Origin: an uncultured Acetobacteraceae bacterium
GTDB lineage: Bacteria; Pseudomonadota; Alphaproteobacteria; Acetobacterales; Acetobacteraceae
Length of the DNA: 64,000 nt
NCBI GenBank assembly: GCA_964245075.1
Contig: CAXTLC010000009.1
Location: 6,440-70,439, forward strand
Reading direction: 5' to 3'
Every line of letters begins with the position of its first letter. Position 1 is the first letter of the stretch. This document shows positions 56,963 through 64,000 of the stretch, one piece after another. The position numbers and the translations under genes are program-made. Under the pieces are notes generated by a model. That model was not told where the DNA came from, did no database searches, and saw nothing but the letters and a program-made list of their open reading frames with translations.

Positions 56963-56977
56963 GCAAACGCCGTGCCA
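56963..56977 (-). promoter_or_regulatory. Sigma54 (-24/-12) promoter of flgI
   Basis: Minus strand TGGCACGGCGTTTGC (GG-N10-GC), about 50 nt before the flgI start. Confidence 0.8.
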
Positions 56978-57071
56978 GCCCGGACGGGGGGTTTGCGGCG
57001 GTTTCCGGGGTGCGAAGGCCGGCAAATCGTGCCGGGTGGGCAAAAGGAGCAGGGTCAATGGTGCGAAACAG

Positions 57072-57470
57072 ATGACGGGCGTGGGCCGGGTGGGCGGCGC
57101 GGCGGCGCCGGTGGGTGCGCGCCGGGTTGGGCCCGGAAGCGGCGGGTTCGCGGTGGCGGGGGGCCCGGCCGCGCTTTCCGGCGCGTCGGCCGCGGCGCCG
57201 GCCGCGGCGGTGGATGGCATGCTGCTGCTCCAGCAGGTGGAGGACGGCCCGACCCGGGACCGCCAGGCGCGCCGCCACGGCCGGGCCATGCTGGACGGGC
57301 TGGCAGCGCTGCAACGCGCGTTGCTGGGCGGGGAGGACGACCCCGGCGCGCTGGACCGTTTGGCCGCCCTGGTGGAGCACTGCCCGCAGGCGGATGACCC
57401 CGCCCTGCGGGCCACGCTGGCCGCCGTTGCATTGCGGGCCAGCATCGAACTGGCGCGCCGGGCGATGTGA
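57072..57470 (+). CDS. fliX: Flagellar assembly regulator FliX
   Basis: DGMLLLQQVED...ARRHGRAMLDGLAALQRALL...ALRASIELAR; divergent from flgI. Confidence 0.8.
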   Translation: MTGVGRVGGAAAPVGARRVGPGSGGFAVAGGPAALSGASAAAPAAAVDGMLLLQQVEDGPTRDRQARRHGRAMLDGLAALQRALLGGEDDPGALDRLAALVEHCPQADDPALRATLAAVALRASIELARRAM

Positions 57471-57633
57471 CCCTTCGGTGACAGGGGGCTTTTCGGGGAA
57501 AATGCCCGGTATTTGCGGCTCGTTAGCGCGCCGCAATGTCGTCCGCGCCCTTGGCGGCACGCTTCGGCGTCGTTATACGGACGCCCGACGACACACTCCA
57601 AAGTTAAACCCGACGGCGCATGGAGCGCGAAGG

Positions 57634-58059
57634 ATGGCACACATGATGCTCACCCTGCCCCCCGATTACCGCCCCGCCGAGGATGAGGAGTTCATGCACC
57701 CCCGCCAAGCGGAGTATTTCCGGCAGAAGCTGCTGCGCTGGCGCAGTGACCTGCTGCGGGAAGCGGACGGCACCCTGGCCAGCCTTTCGGAAGGCGGCAT
57801 CCACGAGGCCGACATCACCGACCGCGCCAGCGTCGAGACCGACCGAGCGCTGGAGCTGCGGACCCGGGACCGGGCGCGCAAGCTGATCAGCAAGATCGAC
57901 CAGGCGTTGCAGCGCATCGAGGCCGGCACCTACGGCTTCTGCGAGGAAACCGGCGAGCCGATCGGCCTCAAGCGCCTGGAAGCCCGCCCGATCGCGACCC
58001 TGTCCATCGAGGCGCAGGAACGCCACGAGCGGATGGAACGGGTTCACCGCGACGACTGA
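57634..58059 (+). CDS. dksA: RNA polymerase-binding protein DksA
   Basis: YRPAEDEEFM, YFRQKL, DITDRAS coiled-coil tip, CEETGEPIGLKRLEARP. Confidence 0.95.
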   Translation: MAHMMLTLPPDYRPAEDEEFMHPRQAEYFRQKLLRWRSDLLREADGTLASLSEGGIHEADITDRASVETDRALELRTRDRARKLISKIDQALQRIEAGTYGFCEETGEPIGLKRLEARPIATLSIEAQERHERMERVHRDD

Positions 58060-58120
58060 CCGGCCCGCGGACGCGCCGCGGCGTTTGACCCGGCAAGCCT
58101 GGCCCCAGAGGGGTATCGGC

Positions 58121-58477
58121 ATGGAGGCGAAGGAGCTTTACGACATCGATTTCGTCGCCTGGACGGAGCGGCAGGCGCCCGCCCTGCGGCGATCGCCCGG
58201 AGGCTCCAACAGTCTCGACATCGACCGTCTTGCCGCCGGGATCGAGGACTTGGGCAAACGCGATATTTGGCGCGAGGCCATCCGAGCCTTTGCGGCTTGG
58301 TCCTCGACCGGCAAACGACATGGCTCGTTGCACGTCGCCGCCGTTTTAGGGCCCTGTCCGGTAAGCCTGGACGATTTGGTTGTGTCCGATTTCGATGATG
58401 GTGCGTTTCTGGATAGAATCCGCGCGTTGCCGATAAGATCGGCGATCGACGGTGGCGAATTGGACGAAGCCCTGTGA
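58121..58477 (+). pseudogene. DUF29-family remnant
   Basis: LYDIDFVAWTERQA...LDIDRLAAGIEDLGK matches the DUF29 N-terminus; similarity is lost after about 45 aa. Confidence 0.6.
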
Positions 58478-58665
58478 TTGACCAAGAGGTCGTCGGAGCA
58501 GGTGGCCACGCGCTTCAACTGCTTTAGCTTGTTGAAGAACTGCTCGGCCAAGTCGTGCTCCTGGTAGAACATCCTATTGTAGTCGCGCGGCGACTTGCGA
58601 TTGGACTGGGAGTGGCGCTGGCCCAGCCCGAACAGCAGGCGCACAGGGTTGCCCGGCGCGTCGAC
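58471..58665 (-). mobile_element. IS5-family transposase remnant (internally deleted)
   Basis: VDAPGNPVRLLFGLGQRH joined to SNRKSPRDYNRMFYQEHDLAEQFFNKLKQLKRVAT; the intervening segment with the DKxYD motif is absent. Confidence 0.7.
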
Positions 58666-58801
58666 AGTTCCTGCCCGCCGTCACGCAAAGGGTCCAGGCC
58701 GACGCCCGCCATGGCCAACCCCAATCGGCCCTGAACCATGTCCGCCGCCGAACCAGAACCCATTCCGACCGAAATCGTCACCACGGCCCAGCCGCTTCCA
58801 T

Positions 58802-60181
58802 TCAAGGAGACGCGTGGGGGGCCAACCCGGCCGTTGGCAGGACGGTTGGTTCTTGTTCGGTGTGTAGTGCGCTTGCCAGCAGCAACACCGCGACCGCTGC
58901 AACCAACGGCATGATGCCGAGCATGCCAAAGATGCTTTGCGCGCTCCATCCTCCATGCAGCAAGACCGCGAACACGCCTGGGATGGTAACCTGACCGGCG
59001 CGTCCCAACCCCATGGCCCAACCTGTTCCGGTGGAGCGCATGGTGGTCGGGTACACCAACGTCACCAGCGAGACACCGCCCGAGACACCTATCCCGACCA
59101 GCGCGCCGACCAGCGTCACGAACACCGCTTCCGCTTGCGCCGAACCCGGCCAGATGCCCAATGCCGCCGTCGCCGCGGCACCGGCCACGAGCGGGCCAAC
59201 CAGCGCACGCACCAGCCCGAAACGGTCAATCAGCTGCCCGGCGGCGACGAAGCCGAGCAACGATCCAAGGCCGGCAAACGAGACGGCTACCGCGGAGGCC
59301 GCAGGTGATATGCCGTTCTGCTGCAAGATCGTCGGCAGCCAGACCGTCGAAGCCGTCGTTCCGAAGCAGGCGAACAGCGCCAGCCAGAGAAACGCCGTGG
59401 CCTTGCCCCGTCCGGACCGGAACAGGTCCATCGGACTGGCAACATGGCCCACGGACGGCGACGGGCTGATCGCGGTCCTTGCCGCCGCTTCCAGCGGCAG
59501 GCCAGGCGCAATGGCAGCGACGATCCGTGCGGCTCGCCGGTCACCCGGACGGCGAAGCAGCAGCAGGCTGATCGACTCCGGCAGGAACGCCCACAGCACG
59601 AGCGCCATGACGATCGGAGCCGCCCCGCCGACGTAGAACGTGTATTGCCAGGAGACCCGGCTCAGAATCCAGCCGTTCAACAGGCTGCCGATGAGAATGC
59701 CGAGCGGGAAGGCTGCGTAAACCAAGCTGACGATGGTGGCGCGCCAACGGGCGGGCGTATACTCGGACGCAAGCGATAGGAAGCACGGCGTGGCCCCGCC
59801 AAGGCCGATGCAGGCCAGCACCCGAATGGCCACCAGCATCGGCAAATTGTCAGCAAACGGGGTCAACAGCGTAAACAGGCCAAATAGCAGGACTGCTGCG
59901 ATCATGACGGGCTTTCGTCCGACCCGGTCAGCAATCCCGCCGAGCACAACTGCGCCGATGGCGGCACCGACCCAGGACCCGGAGATGGCCCACCCCATCG
60001 CGCTTGGAGCAACGTGAAGTGCCGCCGCGATCAAGGGCGCGCCGATGCCGATGACCTGCGTGTCGTTGCCGTCCAGCATCGCAACCAGGGCGCACAGGAC
60101 CAACGTGCCTACTTGCAGGCCTGAAAACGGGCGGCTGTCCAGGAACGACGCGCCCGTGGCGGAAGGCGGCGGCCTTGTCAT
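58802..60181 (-). CDS. MFS aromatic acid:H+ symporter (PcaK/BenK/MhpT-like)
   Basis: LDGNDTQVIG, GIADRVGRKPV, LASEYTP, RSTGTGWAMGLGRAG; 12 TM. Confidence 0.88.
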   Translation of the reverse strand: MTRPPPSATGASFLDSRPFSGLQVGTLVLCALVAMLDGNDTQVIGIGAPLIAAALHVAPSAMGWAISGSWVGAAIGAVVLGGIADRVGRKPVMIAAVLLFGLFTLLTPFADNLPMLVAIRVLACIGLGGATPCFLSLASEYTPARWRATIVSLVYAAFPLGILIGSLLNGWILSRVSWQYTFYVGGAAPIVMALVLWAFLPESISLLLLRRPGDRRAARIVAAIAPGLPLEAAARTAISPSPSVGHVASPMDLFRSGRGKATAFLWLALFACFGTTASTVWLPTILQQNGISPAASAVAVSFAGLGSLLGFVAAGQLIDRFGLVRALVGPLVAGAAATAALGIWPGSAQAEAVFVTLVGALVGIGVSGGVSLVTLVYPTTMRSTGTGWAMGLGRAGQVTIPGVFAVLLHGGWSAQSIFGMLGIMPLVAAVAVLLLASALHTEQEPTVLPTAGLAPHASP

Positions 60182-60348
60182 CGCAGGGCGATGCCGGCGG
60201 CCCAGGTGAACGGGTCCACGACGACGCTGCCCAGATCGGCCGGTTCACCGCCGCTGTGGCCCCCCTGCCGGGCCTGTGAGACGATCGCCTGGGTAGTGCC
60301 ATCGATGGGCAGAACGACTGAACGCAAGCTCAGTGTATCGAGCGCCAT
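60178..60348 (-). CDS. Small ORF (56 aa) coupled to the MFS gene; possible deletion remnant
   Basis: MALDTLSLRSVVLPIDGTT...GSVVVDPFTWAAGIALR; ATGA overlap with the MFS start. Confidence 0.35.
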   Translation of the reverse strand: MALDTLSLRSVVLPIDGTTQAIVSQARQGGHSGGEPADLGSVVVDPFTWAAGIALR

Positions 60349-60710
60349 GGATCGCTTTCCCCATCTATTAATGACGAGCTTTGTCTGGCCGCGAATTACC
60401 GTCAAGCCGGGTTCGCATGCAAAGCTTCTCCCACACGCCGAAACGGACCTGGTCCACCATCGGGCCTGGCTGCGGAACACCCAAACGACGTGGAACGGGG
60501 AGCACAAAGCGCCGCGTGACCGCTCCACGGGAGCGGGGGAGGATCAGTAACGGATCGCTTGCCGAAGGCCATCATCCTGGCCGGAGAGCGATTTCTTGGA
60601 GGAGGTAGGAAGCCGCTGGCATCTGCGCTGCTCCAGCTTTCACATTGACGATCTTCTCATAATGAGATATGCTTCACTTTCCGGTAGGGCGCGGCGAGCG
60701 GGTCAAAACA

Positions 60711-62387
60711 ATGCGGGAAGACACTGTCAGTCACTCGGCTGTGCTCGTTGTCGGCGCAGGCCCAGTTGGCCTGATGACCGCGATCACCCTTGCACGCCAC
60801 GGTTTGAGTTCGACGATCATCGAACGGTTCAAGACCAGGCACGGCGCGCCGAAGGCGCATGCGCTCAACCCGCGGTCCCTGGAGATCTGCCGTTCGATTG
60901 GCCTCGACATGAAGGCGATGAGCCTGCGCGCCACCCCGGCCGCGGACGGCGGCTGGGTGCGGTTCGTCACGACCCTCGCCGGCGAGGAGATCGGCGTCAT
61001 GCCCTACGAGCGGCAGGACGAGCAGGTGCTGGACGTGACCCCGACGCCCTTGATCAACCTGGCCCAACCCTTGTTCGAGGATCTCCTGCTTGAGGAGGTG
61101 GCGCGTTCGCCATTGATCGAGCTGCGTCGCGGCGTCGCGTGGGTCGGCTGCGAGCAGACCGACGATGCGGTGACGTCGCTCGTCGAGGACGTGGAAACGC
61201 GGGAGCAGACGCGGCTGGCCACGCGGTATGTGATCGGCGCTGACGGGGCGGGCAGCGTTGTGCGACGCGAACTCGGCGTCGGGATGGTCGGCGACAGCGC
61301 ATCGCAGGCCTTCATCACGATCCACTTCGCGGCCAACCTGCGCGCAGTGGTGGGCGACCGGCCGGGTATCCTGTACTGGATCATGCAGCCGCCCCACACC
61401 GGCGTCCTGATCGCCTACGACATCGGCAGCCGCTGGTGCATGCTCTACCCCTACGATCCGGCGGTGGTGCCGCGGGAGAGCTTCACGCCTGAGGTGTGCC
61501 AGCAGATCCTGCGCCACGCGATCGGCGGGGGCGACCAGGAACTCGAGATCAAGCACGTGCTTCCTTGGGCGTTGGTGTCGGAGGTCGCGGACCGCTATCG
61601 CGTGGGCCGGGTGTTTCTGGTCGGCGATGCCGCGCATCGTTTTCCGCCCACGGGCGGCCTGGGATTGAACACCGGGTTGCAGGATGCCCACAACCTCGCC
61701 TGGAAGATCGCGGCCGTGGAACAGGGGCGGGCATCCGATGGGCTGCTGGACAGCTACCACACCGAGCGGCATGCGGTGGCGGTGACCAACTCGGCGCAGA
61801 GCTACAAGAATGCCCAGCGCATCCTGAAGCTGCAAATGGCGCTCAAGTCCGACGGTGCGGACGACGCCGACGCGCTGCTGCGGCGGCTTCGCGATCCCGT
61901 GGCCCAGGCCGACATCCAGAGGCAGGTCGCCAACCAGCGCGAGCATTTCGACAGCCTCGCCCTGCAACTCGGCTTCGTTTACGGCCCCGAAGGCTACGAC
62001 CACGCGGATGTTTCCGACTTCACGCCACGGCTGCTGGTCGGCGGGCGAATGCCCCACGCCTGGGTGACACGGGATGGAACGGTGGTTCCGCTTCTGGACC
62101 TGCTCGACACCCGGCGCTTCACCCTGTTGGTCGGGAGCAGCCAGGCAAGCGGGCTGAACGGCGCCGGGTCGTCGGAAACGTTCGTCAAGGTGGTCGCCGA
62201 GGGCGTGGATTTTGACGATCCGGAAGGCTCGCTGCGCCGGTTCGCGAACCTGGCGGGAGGAGAATCGGTCCTGGTGCGTCCCGATGGCCACGTGGCCGCC
62301 ATCGTTGCTCCGTCGCAGGCGGACGCCCTTCCCAGCCTGCTGCCATCGCTGATCGGCAAGGCGTTGTTCATGAAGGCTGCGGCATGA
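60711..62387 (+). CDS. FAD-dependent monooxygenase (phenol hydroxylase/TfdB-like)
   Basis: VVGAGPVGL, PKAHALNPRSLE, IGADGAGS, FLVGDAAHRFPPTGGLGLNTGLQDAHNLAWK, VRPDGHVA. Confidence 0.92.
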   Translation: MREDTVSHSAVLVVGAGPVGLMTAITLARHGLSSTIIERFKTRHGAPKAHALNPRSLEICRSIGLDMKAMSLRATPAADGGWVRFVTTLAGEEIGVMPYERQDEQVLDVTPTPLINLAQPLFEDLLLEEVARSPLIELRRGVAWVGCEQTDDAVTSLVEDVETREQTRLATRYVIGADGAGSVVRRELGVGMVGDSASQAFITIHFAANLRAVVGDRPGILYWIMQPPHTGVLIAYDIGSRWCMLYPYDPAVVPRESFTPEVCQQILRHAIGGGDQELEIKHVLPWALVSEVADRYRVGRVFLVGDAAHRFPPTGGLGLNTGLQDAHNLAWKIAAVEQGRASDGLLDSYHTERHAVAVTNSAQSYKNAQRILKLQMALKSDGADDADALLRRLRDPVAQADIQRQVANQREHFDSLALQLGFVYGPEGYDHADVSDFTPRLLVGGRMPHAWVTRDGTVVPLLDLLDTRRFTLLVGSSQASGLNGAGSSETFVKVVAEGVDFDDPEGSLRRFANLAGGESVLVRPDGHVAAIVAPSQADALPSLLPSLIGKALFMKAAA

Positions 62388-62677
62388 TCCTTCACGCTGT
62401 CATCTTCACCTGGAAGAGCGGTGTGACGCCGCAACAGGTGGACGATCTGACATCGGCGCTCCACGCGCTGCGTGGGTCGATTCCGGGCCTGGCCTCGATC
62501 CAGGGCGGGCCCGATCTGGGCCTGCGTCCGGGCAACCCGGATTATCTCCTTCTCGCCACGTTCGATGACGAGGACGCTTGGCGCGGCTACCAGGCGCATC
62601 CTCTGCACAAGGCGCTGGTCGCCGAGATGATCGAGCCCATCGCGGCGCATCGCCAGTCCATGCAAACCGTCGGATAG
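62384..62677 (+). CDS. Dabb (stress-responsive A/B barrel) protein
   Basis: MILHAVIFTWK, FDDEDAWRGYQAHPLH; ATGA overlap. Confidence 0.85.
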   Translation: MILHAVIFTWKSGVTPQQVDDLTSALHALRGSIPGLASIQGGPDLGLRPGNPDYLLLATFDDEDAWRGYQAHPLHKALVAEMIEPIAAHRQSMQTVG

Positions 62678-62703
62678 GGCTTGGACCCATGCATGCAAGC
62701 GGG

Positions 62704-64000
62704 ATGACGGCACAGGCCGACGACAACCTCTTCTCCATCCTCACGCAGGGGCTTGCCGCCCGCGCAGACCAGGCCTTCCTGCTGCTGCCCGACGAGCGAT
62801 CCGTCACGTTCGGCCGTCTGCTGGCGGATGCGGCCCGGGTCACCACGTGGCTGGAGCGGTGTGGAGTGCGGGCAGGCGACCGCGTCGTCGTCCAGCTCGA
62901 CAAGTCGCCGGCCGCGGTGGTGCTATACCTTGGCTGCGTTCGCAGCGGCGCCGTCTTCATACCGCTGAACACCGCCTACATGCCGCACGAAGTCGAGTAC
63001 TTCCTTGCCGACGCGGATCCGGCCCTGGTCGTCGCCGGCCATGCGACATCGGCGGCCTCGGTCGCGTTCGGCGGGCGGCGCGAGGTCATGGGGGGCGGTC
63101 TCGACGAGGCGCCCTGGCTGGGCTGCATGCCGGCGCAGGCGGTGGCCCCCGTCGGCCCGCACGATCCGGCCGCGATCCTCTACACGTCGGGAACGACGGG
63201 CCGCTCCAAGGGCGCCGTGCTGACGCATCGGAACCTGTCTTCGAACATGCTCGTGCTGCACGAGGCCTGGCGCTGGCAGGAAGGCGACGTGCTCCTCCAC
63301 ACGCTGCCGATCTATCACGCGCACGGTCTGTTCGTCGCGCTGCACGGCGCGCTGTTCAATGGGTCATCGGTGATCTTCCACGAGAAATTCGACGTCGCCG
63401 CCGTCATCCGAGACCTGCCGTCCGCGACGGTGTTCATGGGCGTGCCGACCTTCTACACGCGCTTGCTGGAGGATGCGCGGTTCGACAGGTCGGCCTGCCG
63501 CTCGATCAGGGTGTTCATCAGCGGCTCGGCACCCCTGCTCGACAGCACCTTCGCGGCGTTCCGCGACCGGACCGGGCACGAGATCCTCGAGCGCTACGGC
63601 ATGACCGAGGCGATCATGGTCACTTCCAATCCGTACGACGGCTCGCGCCGCCCGGGCACGGTCGGTTTCGCCCTTCCGGGCGTCGATGTCCGCATCGTGG
63701 CCGAGGGCGGGGGAGAAGCCCTGCCGAACGAGCCGGGGCTGTTGCAGCTGAAGGGTCCAAACCTGTTCTCCGGATACTGGCGCAACCCGGAGAAGACCGC
63801 GGAGGAGCATACACCGGACGGCTACTTCATCAGCGGCGACGTCGCCCGGCGCGATGTGGACGGCTTCATCAGCATCGTCGGACGGAACAAGGACCTGATC
63901 ATCTCCGGCGCCTTCAACGTTTATCCCAAGGAGGTCGAACTCGTCATCGACGCGCTCCCCGGGGTTGCGGAAACGGCGGTGATCGGCGTGCCGCATCCGG
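62704..64000 (+). CDS. Acyl-CoA synthetase, malonyl-CoA synthetase (MatB)-like; runs off the window
   Basis: PLNTAY, ILYTSGTTGRSKGAVLTH, LPIYHAHGL, FMGVPTFY, ISGSAPL, ILERYGMTE, GRNKDLIISG; no stop in the window, so absent from the ORF track. Confidence 0.9.
   Translation, partial: MTAQADDNLFSILTQGLAARADQAFLLLPDERSVTFGRLLADAARVTTWLERCGVRAGDRVVVQLDKSPAAVVLYLGCVRSGAVFIPLNTAYMPHEVEYFLADADPALVVAGHATSAASVAFGGRREVMGGGLDEAPWLGCMPAQAVAPVGPHDPAAILYTSGTTGRSKGAVLTHRNLSSNMLVLHEAWRWQEGDVLLHTLPIYHAHGLFVALHGALFNGSSVIFHEKFDVAAVIRDLPSATVFMGVPTFYTRLLEDARFDRSACRSIRVFISGSAPLLDSTFAAFRDRTGHEILERYGMTEAIMVTSNPYDGSRRPGTVGFALPGVDVRIVAEGGGEALPNEPGLLQLKGPNLFSGYWRNPEKTAEEHTPDGYFISGDVARRDVDGFISIVGRNKDLIISGAFNVYPKEVELVIDALPGVAETAVIGVPHP

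Noticed and set aside
57018-57040. Second sigma54 promoter (CGGCACGATTTGC, minus strand)
   Set aside because: GG-GC spacing is 8, not the required 10.

Overview
High-GC alphaproteobacterial chromosome segment (Acetobacteraceae/Rhodospirillales-like; inferred from the mutS-glnD, lipA-ratA and flgI/fliX/dksA synteny and from CtrA-, sigma54- and EcfG-type motifs). No rRNA, tRNA or CRISPR array was recognised. Left to right: partial Mn-catalase; mutS carrying an in-frame palindromic-repeat insertion; glnD; stress-type small genes; a Gly-rich RTX-repeat protein behind a perfect CtrA box; fahA-SDR-cupin; GATase1 and sorbosone-dehydrogenase-like genes; a 7-gene cluster of unknown function (MerA/E3-like disulfide reductase, thioester-reductase SDR, TIGR04283- and TIGR04282-like transferases, sterol desaturase, sodium:solute symporter, ArsS-like radical SAM); a decayed patch (HAD gene with no canonical start, LuxR and MFS fragments); lipA-ratA-ltaE; a ~20 kb Wzx/Wzy polysaccharide locus headed by a stand-alone carrier-protein/Cys-thioesterase didomain and interrupted by a sulfite reductase-ssuD-ssuA operon; prpC; a histone-H1-like gene behind a perfect EcfG/sigmaT promoter; otnC-otnK-GT4 trailing flgI-flgJ-flgN; fliX, dksA; and, past DUF29 and IS5 remnants, a catabolic island (aromatic-acid MFS, FAD monooxygenase, Dabb, partial MatB-like ligase). 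Top leads: the radical SAM/transferase/lipid cluster (15.8-23.1 kb), the PCP-TE(Cys)-linked polysaccharide system (29.7-49.8 kb), and the repeat-derived insert in MutS. All family assignments come from motifs read by eye; no database search or computation was run, and start codons I moved relative to the ORF track are inferences.
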